From Fistulifera solaris (lineage: Eukaryota), in NCBI GenBank assembly GCA_030295235.1, contig AP026138.1, positions 248,001 through 312,000 on the forward strand: a stretch of DNA of 64,000 nt. The letters are read 5' to 3'. How positions within the stretch are numbered: position 1 is the first letter of the stretch; each line of letters opens with the position of its first letter. This document shows, in pieces, positions 24,799 to 38,472 of the stretch. Position numbers and translations under genes: made by a program. Below the pieces are notes generated by a model. That model was not told where the DNA came from, did not search any database, and saw nothing but the letters and a program-made list of their open reading frames with translations.

Positions 24799-26315
24799 CT
24801 ACGGTTCCATTTCAAAAATATCGTGGTCTTTCGCCTCGCCCAGATCCAACGCCATGAGCGACTCGGACAAATCGGATAAAATAGAACCTGGCAAGGATGC
24901 CGGCAATGAATGAACCGAGTCGTTATCTCTCGGTAAGAAACTTTCATCGCACGAATCAGACGTTCTAGTTCTACTACGCCCCGAACCATAACTTCGACTG
25001 CGTTTCCCTTGTGACTTTGACAAGTCACGCCCGCGAGTTTCTGTAGTACTTTCCTGTAAGAAACTCATAAGCAATGCTTCTTGAACACTATCCGGACTTC
25101 CTGGTACAATGGCATTTTGTATATCACCTTCCGATCCGTCAGGATTCGAGAGTCGAGGACTAAAACAGATAAAATTCTTGTCGTTCCACAGATGTTGCGG
25201 AGACCGCTCGGGAGTACTCTGGGACTCCTGCTGCTGCTGCTGCTGATTCGACCGCCACGGCGATCCAAAGGATGTTGGAGGAACATTGGGATGAGACCAG
25301 TCGGAAAGACTCGACATACCCGATATCAATGACGGTTCCGCCGGTGGCATCTCTGCTGGTTGCAAATCATTTTGTGCGGGATGAAAGGGACGTCCGAAAG
25401 CCTCCTCTGCAACGTCATTCATGGCGGCCACGGCTGCAGTCGACACACCGTTCGCCTGCAGTGATCCTGATCCCCTTCCTCGGAACATGTTGCGAATACT
25501 TTTCTTCAAGGATGAGCTCGAACTACTTTTGCTCTCTTCTTTTTCACTGGAGCCGGTGCAGGAAACGAAAAATCCGATCCACTCTTCTTTGCATACGTCA
25601 AGGGCTCGAACGGAACCGATGACGCCGCCTCGGCTGCTTCCATGCTTCGTGTTGTGTTAATTACTCGCTTGGCACCGCGACTCGATACGGCAACGATACG
25701 TTGCGGTTGCACCAGCGGCGAAGCCTTGGTTGGGTTTACTTCGGATTCAGGCTTTTGCACGAGTGTGTTGCTCTCGCCTTTTGGGCATTCCTTCAAACTG
25801 CTTTCTTTGCTTTTAACGTCGTCAACAGCTTTTTGCTTGGCAAGTATAGCATCTTCACGTAACGCTTGCCCCACCTTTTTGATAGCCTTCTCATCTCCGA
25901 TATCATACCAAGAACCATCCGGATCTTCCTTCAAAAATCTCCCCGGCGGATCCATACTACGTATCAAATATACGATTTCGGCCGCAATGTGCGCTTTCTC
26001 TAATTTCTTGGTCGAATGCGCGCGATAATCGTCTCGGCGCTGGGCGACAATTTCACGAAATTGCACATTCCCGACGTGCGCATTGATCCGGCCTCCGCGG
26101 CCCGAAATGACATCGTTTTTGTTGAGTCGGGTGACCGGTCCCATGTAACGAGGCGGAATGACGGCGAGCGGCCTTCGATGGTTGTGAATTGTTGGAGGCG
26201 GTCCACCAAAGACCACGGAAGCAAACGCGCCCGCCGTTAACCGGCGCTGTCGTTTGCGGTCTTGATCCACATAAAGTGATTTATGAGGAAAAAATGCATT
26301 GTGTGGGTAACTCAT
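24799..26315 (-). CDS. DUF6824-domain protein, paralogue A
   Basis: NDVISGRGGRINAHVGNVQFR..KKLEKAHIAAEIV..PPGRFLK..WYDIGDEKAIKKVGQALRE. A frameshift near 25520 joins ORF 24799-25509. Confidence 0.8.
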
Positions 26316-26984
26316 GGTTATTTTTTGGTTATATGAATCAAAAGTCAAGCAACAATGTTGTTGCAATGCAACACGGCCGCGAAGAAATAATAAGGGCACC
26401 TATTTATTTGTGTGTTTGTCGATCTACCCAGTTTTGGCGTACGAAGATGCCGTAGAATAGCTACGGCTACGGCGGCATCCCAACCACGAGCCAAAGCGGG
26501 AAGTCTTTTTTATCGACTTCCGAAATCCATTCGCAAGTTCGGGTGGTCGTTGGTCGTGCCGCCATCTTTCCAGAAGAAGGATTGTGTTTAAACGGAAACT
26601 AAAGATACGGTATCCAAGCACATAGTGTGACTTGTGTTAATTAGACTATTGATTGATAGTGTGGTCGCAACGTTACCAGGTACAAGCATGCCCGCGCCGT
26701 CCTTTGTCTTGAACATCCCTCGCTATTCCTAACTCTAAAAGCAAGACAACGATGATGATTGAAGTAAATTTTCAAATATGTGTCGCACCAGTAATCTTTG
26801 GTAGTAACGAAAAAACACAACGGAGAAATTTTTCACTTCACTGGGTCACGCGTCAGAACACGCACATGCACTCCGCCCCTCTTTAGCGAAAACAGCATAG
26901 CGATGTGATCATTCGCTCGTGCATGTTCCTTGTCATTCATTAGCATTCAATTCTCGATATCACATTGCAGATATATACATATTC

Positions 26985-28516
26985 ATGGTAAGTCAATGAA
27001 ATTGAATGACTTGCCGTAGAGGAAGGACCAACAATGGAGAATGCACGTAGAGAACTTATTCTTTTCGGACGACTGAATTGCCGATAAGTGCATTTCTTTG
27101 TTTCTTTCTACAATTCACTTCTCTCACACACACGTACACAGGACCGTCAACGCCAGAAACGACAGACGGCGGGTACGCTAGTACAAAAGCTATGGGGAAA
27201 GACGAAAAGAAAACATCGACGGCGCAACCGCGACCCGAGATTACGATTCCTCCGAGAGGAATCGGCCCGGTATCGATGCAAGAAATTAATGAAAATGATG
27301 TCCTCGCTGGCCGAGGCGGACGAATCAATGCGCACATTGGGAATGTTCAGTTCCGTGACATGGTGGCGGCACGGAAAAAGGAATATTTGGCCAAATCAAC
27401 CAAAAAGTTGGAAAAGGCCCACATTGCCGCCGAAGTGGTGCGGATCATCCGAAACATGACACCCCCGGGACGATTTCTCAAAGCCGATCCGGATGGGTTG
27501 TGGTACGATATTGGGGATCAGAAAGCGATCAAAAAAGTAGGACAAGCGTTGCGAGAAGATGCACCGGATGTACGAGATTCGGATGACGAAGATGACAACA
27601 ATAGTAACAATTATGAGCCGTTCGTCCAGTCCAGTAACACCATCACCCCGAAAGCTGTGATACAATTACCATCGGACCATCCGATGCAAGACGACGCAGC
27701 TTTTCATATACTTCCTTTGGTGACCGAAAGCACGCGACAACCGACTCCAACTACCACTGGATTCCGTTCGACACCGCCCATTGCGAAAGCCTTCGGTGAC
27801 TTGCTTCCGTACGCGGCGGGGACATCGGGGCGGCGGCCGCCGCGATGCAAGATGCTGACTTGGCAAGGAGATCCGACGAAGCGTTTGGACGTCCCTTTCA
27901 TCATGCCGACAAGGACATGTCCTTCATTTCTGGGTTTTCGGCCAGCGACATGGTATCGGATATTTCGGGTTTGACGGACCCCATGTCGACACTTTCGGCT
28001 CGCATGAGTCAACAGCGGCCCACTATGCGACAATCGAACAATACGGCTACCACGTACTCGTCCACATTCACTGGCACACGACAATTTTTATCCGCATCGG
28101 GGGCGGGTTTGAATCGGAGTAACTCGTGGAGTAGTCTATTTGATAACAACTCTTTGAGGGGTGGAGGGATCCGGGATAGTTCTCAGTTGGCAGGAAGTGG
28201 AATTTCGGGAATGCAATCCGTGGCGATGAGCGACGCGGAACAAAGGCGTGCCCAACGAAATGAGATACACCAATTTTACCAACAGCAGCAACAGCAGTAT
28301 TCTTCTCAGCAGCAACAGTTTCAACAACAAATGGCCCCTCCACCGCCCCAACCAATGTCTTCTTACCATCAACAATCATCACACCATGGCGGGTTACCGA
28401 CCGACATGTCGGTCGCTAGTATGTCCATGAACTCGGTGGCTTCTATCCCAGCATCCATCATGTCGGGATTATCTGATACATTACAAGCGCTCGACTTGGC
28501 GGAGCCAAGAATATAA
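26985..28516 (+). CDS. DUF6824-domain protein, paralogue B (first coding exon is the ATG only)
   Basis: ATG|GTAAGT at 26985-26993 and intron 26988-27141. Exon 2 begins DRQRQKRQTAG (cf. DRKRQRRLTAG in paralogue A). Same DUF6824 core. Frameshifts near 27195 and 27840. Confidence 0.8.
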
Positions 28517-28617
28517 TGAAATGTACATTAATGACACATGAGGCTGACACATAATTACACTAATTTAACTTTTGACATTTGTTACTGTTCATCGATCGGA
28601 GTGCATGCGTGAAGGTC

Positions 28618-29664
28618 TCATAACAAGGAATCGATCGGAAGAGGCTCGCCAATATCCATCGCGGTAAATGTCTCTGAAAGATCGGACAAGATCGATGCAG
28701 GGAATGAGACCGATCCGGAATTGATCGACATGCTTGCCACGCTACTGGGAGCTTGAAACGATGCTCTGCTCATGTATTCTGCCGAGTATGTATGTTGTCG
28801 GTACGGCTGTTGTCGTTGATCAAGAATCGAACATGTCAGATGACTGGACAGTCCTGAAATGAGAGAAGCATCCTTGGTTGTAGAGATTTCCATATCATCC
28901 AAAGTAGGAGGCGGATAAAAGACGCGACCGAACGCGATTTCTCCCGAGCCCTCAAGAGCGGCCGTGGCGGCTGCGCTTCTACTTTTTCGGTACCACCAAG
29001 CTGCTCCATTTTCGTTGAGTAGGAGGGACTTTCCGTACTTTCTTCCCGGAGGGAAGGGCGACGAATGGTCACCACAATCGGCTGACATGATTTTGGAGTA
29101 TTGCCTTCTTGCTTCACTGCTCCTTTTTCATGCTGTTGACACGATTTGTCGTCGGACTTTTTACTGCTCGACTCCAACTCTTCCCGCACATCGGGCGCGT
29201 CTTCCCGCAAGGCCTGTCCGACCTTTTTGATGGCTTTGTGGTCACCAATTTCGAACCAGGAGCCATCGGGATCTTCCTTCAAAAAACCTTCCGGGGGGAT
29301 TCAAATGTCGGATATGCTGAACAATACTGGCCGCAATGTGTGCTTTCTCGAATTTCTTGGTTGATTTCGAAATATAATCGGCCTTGTGCATGGCAACGAG
29401 TTTTCGGAATCGAACATTTCCAATGTGCGAATTGATACGTCCCCCTCGTCCCGCGAGAACGTCATTCTCCGACGGATGGTAAATGGGACCAATGCTTCTG
29501 GGCAGCACAGTGATTTCTGGTCGGGGAGGACCCGAAGGCGATTTTTTCTTCGAAAACATGGACTGCATCATCATAGGTCTCTTTCCGTAATAAGGGTAGT
29601 AACTGGGAGGCATTGCTTGAAAGAAATGAGCATTCGATTCTGGGTACCATGCGTAGTAGTTCAT
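28618..29664 (-). CDS. DUF6824-domain protein, paralogue C
   Basis: NDVLAGRGGRINSHIGNVRFR..KKFEKAHIAASIV..PPGRF/KEDPDGSWFEIGDHKAIKKVGQALRE. Frameshifts near 29283 and about 29090. Confidence 0.78.
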
Positions 29665-30293
29665 GCTTTGTTGTTTGCGACTGATTTCCAGGAATTGTGA
29701 CGATTGGTTGGAGATTGTGTTTGAATTTGAATTGGTTTGTTTTTTGTGATTCGTTTTGTTGCCATGCGGTTTTTGTGCGTAGTCGTTCGTAATAAGTCGT
29801 GATAGGACGGACGAGAATACAGAATACAAATACAGACCTGTTCTTCAATGCCGTTTCGGAGGAAAATAGTCATTACTATGAGTGAAAGTGTACGTTTTCG
29901 AGTTTTCACACGAACGATGAGATCACGACAGTACCGGACGTGCAAACGTGCTTCCTTTCAGACTTAACGGTTCAACTTTATCATCGTGTCGTACCGTGTC
30001 CGACGTGCATGCTACTATCGTACCGGTACCAAATAGTTACAGCAATTTCCACCACACAGCATTTGCGCGTGGATGACATCATCGATCCTTTGCACTGACG
30101 AAGAGACGCGAAAAAAAGCAGTCCGATGACGAATGACGGTCCTCAAAGCAAACCAAAATTGAACCAACAACAGCACAACAACAGCCTTGTATCTTTGAGT
30201 CTATCGTGACCTTTCAGTCATTGAATTATCTGAAACTTTGATCACTTTCCTTCATTTCTTAGTTCGAGCATTCCGGTTATCCTATTTGTCACA

Positions 30294-31494
30294 ATGAGAC
30301 TTATTGTACCTCTTTCTCTGTTGCTGCCGATGGCACAGTCATTCGTCGTCCAACGAGAGTCTGTATCTGCTGCTTCCAAACTGCATATGGCTTCTCCTTT
30401 CGACGAATGGCAACAACAAACACAGCGATTGGCTGCCTCTTTCGTCGCCGGTTCGGTTCTTTCGGCTGGCCTCATGTTGAACACGCCCACCGAAGCAATT
30501 GCGTTCGATTCGGCTGTTTTGGATACCACACCATCCCTCGTCGTATCGGTTGCGTCACCGGCTGCTCCTACGAAATCCGCTGCTCCTACGAAGGCCACGG
30601 CTCCCACCAAACCGGTGGATCCGTACAAGCAGGCCCTCGACAATGCCAAGTTCGCTTTGGAAGGAGCGCGTTCGGCCGAAAAGGCGGCCGTCGCTTCGGT
30701 CAAAACCGCCAAGCAAGGTTTGAGTTTGCAGAAAGCCGAGCTGCAAAAAGCCGAGAGTACCAGTCAGAATGCCAAAAAAGCTTTTCTTGACGCTAACGAC
30801 AAGCTAGCCAAGACACCGGCCGATCGAAGTACGAAGGAAATCAACGCCGCCAAGGAAAAAGTTGGTACGTAGAGAATCGTCAGTTGAAAAGTTTTTGATT
30901 GCGTTAGAGCCGACCGATTGCTGAGCTTTAACAAAACTTGCACTAACACTTCTTTTGATTGTTTCGAATATCAGCTGCCACAAAGACTGCCTCACAAAAC
31001 GCCGAAAAAGTAGTTGCCGAGAAAAAGTCGCAATATAAGGTTGCATCTCTAAAGTACAGTGCTGCGGAAAAGAGTTGGAAAAAATTCAAAAGATCAAGGA
31101 CGGATACCAAAAGAAGCTAAAATCAGCGGAGAAGAACTACGAAAAGGCACAGAAAGCGAAAGCCAAGGCCGACAAGATTGCGGCGGAAAAAGCCAAGGCC
31201 GCCGCCGAGGCCAAGAAGAAGGCGGAGAAAGCCGCCGCAGAGAAAGCGAAGCAATTAGAACGCAAGAAGCAAGCAGCTGAAAAGGAGCAAAAGAAGCAGG
31301 CGGAACTTCGAGCCAAGAAGCAAGCGGAAGAAAAGGCGAAGCAAAAGGCTGCACTAGAAAAGGAAATTAAAATGCTTCAAGAGGCTAAGAAAGAGGCAGA
31401 GAAACTCAAGAATGAGTCAGCCAAGCGTATCGCTGAACGCGAAGCCAAAATAGCTGCGGATCAAAAAGCACTGCAATCACTTAGCAAGAAATAA
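30294..31494 (+). CDS. Plastid (probably thylakoid-lumen) targeted Lys/Ala/Glu-rich coiled-coil protein
   Basis: Signal peptide ..AQS|FVV, transit peptide, then a second hydrophobic segment ending P.EAIA. Intron 30865-30974; frameshift near 31070. Confidence 0.65.
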
Positions 31495-31746
31495 GGTGGG
31501 TAGCAGGTTTCCATGTTTCTGTGTTTGACAATCGAACAAAATACTACGAAGTATAGCTTCCTTTAGTTTCTCAAGTTCCATAATACTGCTACTAAATTAT
31601 TCCAACAAGCCGGGGCAGATAAAGTTATCGTGAATCTATTTTAAGTATTTTTGTAATTAGGAGTGTTTGAAATGATGTAAAATGGAGGTAACAAGTTATG
31701 AACGTCGTGTTATTAATTATAAAAATATGGCCTCAAACTCGAGGTC

Positions 31747-33938
31747 CTACTCTGTCTTTTCCAAGGAGAACCAAAGAAAGTTCCAACCAGCTTCCAGTGC
31801 ACGGATCTGCAATGGAGAGGAGCCGGCAGGTAATTTGATTTCAGTTGAAATCGTTGTATATATTTGCCACCAGCCCGTGAGGGGAACACTGATAGTTCCG
31901 TAGACACTTTGAGTTCTGCCATTGACGAGTTCTAGTGCCCCTAATCCCATGTGACTAGCGACACGCATCTCTACTTTGTAGTTTCCACCACTGGGTAGGT
32001 CGACTTGATAGGTGACCCAATCGCCGACGTCGATATGACCCACGTTTTCACCACCCTCGGAAGATGGCTCCAATTCGATGCCTTTCATGCCGTCATACGC
32101 ACTGGCCGGAAAGAAGAATTTGGAGGTAGGAATACTTGCAGCTACTGATGTTTGGTTGGAGTCTGCAGTTAGGGGTTCAAGAGACAGCCAATTCAAATTC
32201 CATCCACCAACAACGGCCACAACTCGCAAAGGAACCATGCCCTCCGGCAAGTCAACGGATCCAATGCTGACTTTCTCCCACGTGTGCCAGTCACCCGTAT
32301 TCGGCACCGAGTCTAGCTGTCCATAAACCTCCTGTGTATCTCTGTCAATCACCATGAGCGACCCTTCAGACAGAGGACTGGCAACGCCAAGATCGAGCCT
32401 ATAGCGTCCGGCAGAAGGAACGGTGATGTTGTAGTCAATGGTATCTCCTGTGTCGATAGAGCCAATAGTCTTCGTACCGTTAACTGGAGATTCGTTCACA
32501 ATGCCATCGGAGCCGACGTTGTCGGTAGCAAGAATCATGGAATTGCCAGAAGTGAGATTCGCTGAAGTGGTATTTCCAGACTGATCACCGGCCGAGTTAT
32601 TTGCAAGTTCGTTGAGCTCGAGCGACATGAAGAGCAAGTTGAAGCTTCCTTCCATGACCACAATCTCTAAAGGAACGATACCGCTTTCGAGGTCGATGTC
32701 ATCGACGCTCACTGTGGTCCAATTCTCCCATCCTCCCGTTGCCGGAATCGAATCAATCGATCCGTAAATTTCTTGAGTGTCACTATTCGTGACAAGGAAT
32801 GAACCTGAACCATTCATACTAGCAACCTCGAGATCGAGCCTGTAGTTACCGGTGACAGGGACTTCCAAGTTGTACTTCATAAAGGCGGTATTGCTAATGT
32901 TGCCAATAATCTGCGGTGCTTCTGTCTCGACGCCAGCAGAGCTATTCATACTTGTGGAAGGAATCAAAATATGAACATCATCCGTCGTGTTAGTAGAATT
33001 GACGGAGGCAGAAGGAATCGATGTTCGTTCAATAATGAAATTCATCATGTTCCATCCACCTTCCACCACAAGGATTTCAAATGGCAAAAACCAGCTTCAA
33101 GAGTAACGTTTTCCACGCTTACAGTAGTCCATGAGTGCCATCCATCCGTTTGCGGAATGTTGTTTACCCGCCCATAGATTTGTTGAGTTTCGCTGTTCTT
33201 TACAACAAAGGAACCGTGTCCATACAAACTAGCAACTTGTACGCGAATCGCGTAGACTCCAAGGGCAGGGATGTTGATTTCGTACTTGACATAATCACCG
33301 GAGCTGGACTCGCCCAGGTTCCCATTGATTGGATCCACTGTTAACCCTTCCGCCCACGCAAATGCAGTTGCCGGAACCAAAAGTTTGCCGGGTGATGTGT
33401 CGATGCTAGCAGCAACGGTGCCATCTGACACTTGATTGAGCGAGAACCAACCGAGATTGAAACCTCCATTGATGATGAGAATTTCGAGCGTGTGGACTCC
33501 TGCAGGAATGTTGGCGTCACCGACTCGTACCGTGGCCCATTGCTCCCAAGATCCAGTTGGCGGGAGCGCATTGACTTCTCCGTAAATTTCAAAAGTTTCC
33601 GAATTAATCACAGAAAATGAACCCACATTATCCGCATTGGAGATGCGAGCTTGCAGTCGAAAGCGGCCTCCCATTTTGACGTCGACAGTGAATTTCAGTC
33701 GGTCCCCAGTGACAATCTTCGCCAAATTTTGTGTCCCTTCCGACGACTCGTCGATTACAACGCCATTGGGTACGATAAAATCGCCAGCATTGATCTTTAT
33801 TGTTTCAGATGCTGAACTTGATAATTCCGACTCTATTTGCCTCGTGTCATACCCGCTGCTTACTAGACCTCGCAACCGCCATGGAGCAGCGGTAGCAACA
33901 GGAAATAAAAGCGCTATCGTCAGAAGTCGTTTTAGCAT
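31747..33938 (-). CDS. Secreted non-catalytic protein with five CBM6-like modules
   Basis: Signal peptide MLKRLLTIALLFPVATA; five repeats of GD...Y.V.V...G.Y.L..RVAS..G.G.F....P.TG.W..W.TV....GGWN..W. Frameshift near 33085; no introns. Confidence 0.85.
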
Positions 33939-34427
33939 TACTTCGCTGCTTTTACAATGAAAAGAACTGGAAAATGAAAACATGCACTCGAAGCGAAGGA
34001 TCCCGAGAGCCGACTGGTAGACTTCTTGGACTTCGACGTTGCGGAATTTTCATGTAAACCTTATGATATTTTTTTTAGTACTTCTATGAAGAGTTCACAA
34101 AACTCGATGTCTTTGTCCTCGAAGTTCCGCTTTGAAAAAGACATTTCGGGGTTTTTAGTCAAGTATCAATAAGCAAGTGACATATCGCCCTTTCCACTTT
34201 CTGCTTCTCTCGTCAACAAACAATAGCAATCAGTGGTCATTGTCATTGGTCATTAATCAGTATTCAGTATTCTTTAGACTTCGACGTTCTTCTACTTTCT
34301 ACTATTAGAGACATTCACACATACTACTAAAAGTCAGATCTCAGTTATTAACTTACGGGGATTTTTTATTGTTATTAGACATTAATTAGGCTATATAATT
34401 TGATTTTTTCCCCGTTGTTAACGTTGT

Positions 34428-34499
34428 GCTGATGTGGCGCAGTGGTAACGCATTTGACTTGTAATCAAAAGATCCCCAGTTCAATCCTGGGCATCAGCT
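34428..34499 (+). tRNA. tRNA-Thr(TGT)
   Basis: Acceptor stem GCTGATG/CATCAGC; anticodon arm TTTGA-CT TGT AA-TCAAA; T arm CCCAG-TTCAATC-CTGGG; followed by a T-run. Confidence 0.95.
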
Positions 34500-34780
34500 T
34501 TTGCTAAGTTATCGTTTGTTCATTTTTTATACTCCGTACCAGTAATGCTGTCGTCTCCCTAGATTACCCGTCTTTGATATTTGACATGAAGTTTGAGCAT
34601 CATAAAACAATTTCAAAACCGTGATTATTACTTTTCAGAATGCCCATCTCCATAGGACACAAAATCAATACCTCAGTTCAAATCGCTTTATTATTAAATA
34701 TAAAGGTCGCCATTTAAAAAATGTGTTTGTTGACGGTGGCACAGAGCTACGCATGGGCGAGATGCCAGAAGTGGACTTGT

Positions 34781-35967
34781 TCATTCGAATGATGGTTCTT
34801 CCCTTTGCTGAGATCCAACCTCCACTTGTTGTTTCGACGAGTCATCTTGTAAGAGCTGTGTATTTTCTGTTACGTCTCTTCTTTCATTCGTGACACGTTT
34901 CTTCTCGGATTCTTCGGCAGCAACAACTTTCTCATAAGCCTTCCCGCTCAGCCAATCGTCTAGATCTTCAACATTCTTTCCAGTCGCGCCGTATTTGCCC
35001 ACAACAGTGGAAAATGTCATGGTGAAATCGCGAGGATCTTTGTAAACTCGTGCAGGGTGATAGACCATTACAGATACCTTGTCCGTTTCACCAACGACAC
35101 CATCAATTGGGTGCCAAACTTTGTGAGCTCCGTGCATCGCGATCATTTGAATGGGCGTAGTCTTGCGTGCCATACTGAACGCTCCATTGAAGACCTCAAG
35201 TAACCCATTTTCGGGTGTAGGATTGCACTGTCCCTCCGGTAAGATTCCCAAGTCGCACCCCGAGTTCAGCGCGTTTTTACAGGCCACCAACATCGCCTTG
35301 AAGGACTGTTTGTCGTACTCATTCGGCGTGCCGTGCCCGTTGGCTGCCATTCCGACAGGAATGAATCCAGCTTGCCGAAAAAATATCCGCGTCACCAAAT
35401 GGTCTTCGAGCTGCTTCCAGTACATGATTGTCATCCGACGACCGTTCATTTTCAATTGCGAATGTGCCGCTAGCAGCAAAAACACATCTAACAAACTCGT
35501 GTGATTGCACACCCAAATGCGCGGTTCGTCAATTGTCGGTATATCACCATAGTGCTGCACTTGTAGTTTGCAAAAGGAATCCATTTCATCAACCATCGAC
35601 TACAAAAGGCTGCGGTCGGTACGGCCCAGTTGTGAAGCTGCTTCTCGTTGATTAGTTTGAGGCGAAACAAAATTTGCTGCGGCAAAAGCGTCAGCGGCAA
35701 GGCGAGACACATGGCGACAATATAAAGGCACATTCCGATTTGTCTCAGTGTTTTTTTGACTTTCGGAAGAAAAGCTGTTTTAGTTGCGGTTGCTCCATTG
35801 ATTGCAGTTGAAGCGTTCAAAACGGCTGCATCCTGCTTAATGATTCTTAACTCTTTGCTGACCAATGGCTGTTCTCTGAAAGACACAGAGCGGAACTTGG
35901 GCGTTACAAACGCATTTGCTGGGCAAGCATAAGTGCACAAAAGAAAGAAGGAATAAAGGAACTTCAT
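34781..35967 (-). CDS. Plastid-targeted 1-acyl-sn-glycerol-3-phosphate acyltransferase (LPAAT, PlsC family)
   Basis: Leader ..ANA|FVTP; catalytic NHTSLLD; ILPEG motif; F.GAF. One T missing in a homopolymer near 35575. Confidence 0.88.
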
Positions 35968-36247
35968 CGTATCTTGTAACAATTTTAATGACGATCTTTG
36001 ACGACACAACAATTTTCTCGTCTGTCGCGATTATTATTATTTCATCTTCACGTTCGTAATTCATTCAAACGATGTCGCTAAGAAGAAGTTTTGCGCTATC
36101 ACAGATCAGTGGGATTGATAACCAGTCCGTCACTAGGAGTTGACCCCATGCTATGTGCTATGTGCTGTGTACCTCAAAAAAAATTAGCGAAGGCAACTTA
36201 TATTTATTTATGAACCTAAATTATACAAGAACACAACTATACCACAT

Positions 36248-37866
36248 TTAGCTCTCTTTCAGGGTTAGAGAGATCCACTGCAAGTCCCATCCTCCTTCAT
36301 TCACAAGAACTTCTAGCGGTACCACTCTACCGGCTTGTAAGTTGATATCGGATACTCGGGCTGAACGAGCTGTGGCCCAATCGCCAGTGGAAGGTAGATC
36401 GGAGAGTCCTCCGTAGGACTGAAGCGTATCTGCGTCGCGAAGAATAAACGATCCGTCGCCGGAGGGACTGCTAAGTCTCACCTCAATCGCATATGTACCG
36501 CTGACAGGAGGATTTACATCGAAGAGTAACCAGTCGCCCGCATCCAAATAGGCCATTGTTTGTGTTCGACCGTTGTCTCCTTGTAAGATCACCCCTGTGC
36601 ATCTACCAAATCGTCTCCTTGCAGTAATATGACAGTAGGAGCCGCTGGAGCGCGTCCTCTTCCGTTGCTAGTACTGCTCTGCGTGGATCCTCGAATCGGT
36701 TGCACCAATTCGAAATGCAACCATCGTATATTGAATCCACCCTCAGGGATCAAAACCGTTACATCGTGCTGACCCCTCGTCATTTCGACATTCGATGAAA
36801 CGACGACTGTTTCCCATGTTTGCCACCACCCAGTTGAAGGCATATTCGTCAAATCACCCAACAAAGCTTTCGAATCACTGTCAATGACGAGAAAGGATCC
36901 GTCTCCAGCGAGACTGGCGACGCGCACACTCATTTCGTATACGCCCGTGGAGGGAATGTCAGCCGTGAATTGTAAGCGGTCGCCATTCCCAATGTAACTC
37001 AAGTTCTCTCCGCCCTCACTACAAGGCTCGGTTACGATATCACCCGAGACTTCGAAATCCCCTGCTTCAATCATTACAACACTGTGGAAGGCTCCATTGG
37101 CGACGGTTGTCCATGAAGCCTCACCTGTACCGTCCGTTGGAGTACTATCAACTGTATCCCACCAGGTGGAGCCACCGGATGACTCCGTAGTGGCGGAGTC
37201 GGTAGTTGGGGCTCTGTCATTATCTTCATTTGCAGACGATTCTGCAGCAGTCGTATCGGTCGGGTCGTCCGGATTGAAAAAGGAGCCGCTATTATCTGTC
37301 GTGGAAGTACTCGTGCTTCCCACTGTAAACTGAGGCGACACCTTCATCCCATTGTAATTCCATCCTCCACTCGTCGCTTTCAATGATAATGTTAATGATC
37401 CTCTTGGTAACACAACGGATCCTCTGACTGACTCATAAACCTCCCAAGATCCTGTTGCCGGGAAATCTTTCATTTCTAAATATATTTCTCCCGTGGCGTA
37501 ATTCAGCAACTGAAAGCTTCCATCACCATCGGGAGATGCTATTTGAAATACAATGCTGTAATATCCATCTCCATGATAGACTGTCACATCATACGACATG
37601 CTATCGTCTGCGTCAATGAAAGCAATATTTTGTCCTCCCGCCGGATTGTTTTGTAATTCAACACCCTTCATATCACAAAATTCGTTAGCGGCGATGATGG
37701 ATTCCGCTTTGACGAAGCCGGCTTGACTCATTATACGGCCACAGCTGATTGTTGGCGTGGGCGGTTCTCCCCAGCCCGGTGCATCGGTCGGTGCCCCCGT
37801 CTCCTGTGCATGGACCGTTGAGTGATATATTATTGTAAATATGAAGGAAAGGAGCGTTTGCCTCAT
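36248..37866 (-). CDS. Secreted non-catalytic protein with three CBM6-like modules and a T/S/D-rich linker
   Basis: Signal peptide MRQTLLSFIFTIIYHSTVHA; modules with PATGSWE, PSTGWWQTWETV and PSTGDWA. Frameshift near 36592; no introns. Confidence 0.85.
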
Positions 37867-38472
37867 TATTTGATTGTACGGGTGCGGATAGAAACGAGAG
37901 GCTTCGAGATGCAGCATTCAGCATGCTTCCAGGTTCGATGAGAAGCGCGTATAGAACAAAAACGACAAACGACAACGACAAGCGTTTTTGTCGGAGGGAC
38001 TTTTCGTTTTTCAAATACAACACTACCCGCAAACACTCCCCTTGGTAAACGTCAGCATGTCCGATGTACGTATAAAATGTACTATGTAGTACGTCAGACG
38101 TAAGTCACCGACCACCGACGGTGACTGGGACCTACTTACTGCTGGACATGCTCTCAGAGACTCGAGCTGTAATGTACACCATCTTCAATGACCATTGGTT
38201 GACACTTATGGGCCTTTTCGATACATGTGATCGTGAAACGTGAAACTGATGGATCGTGCATCGTAGGCAAACCGCGAACCTTAATGGACGGGGTCAACGA
38301 ATTTTCACCTAAAAACCTCATAAAACTGGAAGCCTAAGCATCAAGAGCTTCGAGCAGTGAATTAAGTTCGCAACGAAAAGTGACATGCAAAGCGAAAACT
38401 ATATTATTGAAAGTATGGCTTTCTTTGGTAATTGATTGTACAGGAAAGCTATAAAAGACGTAGTGACCGCTC

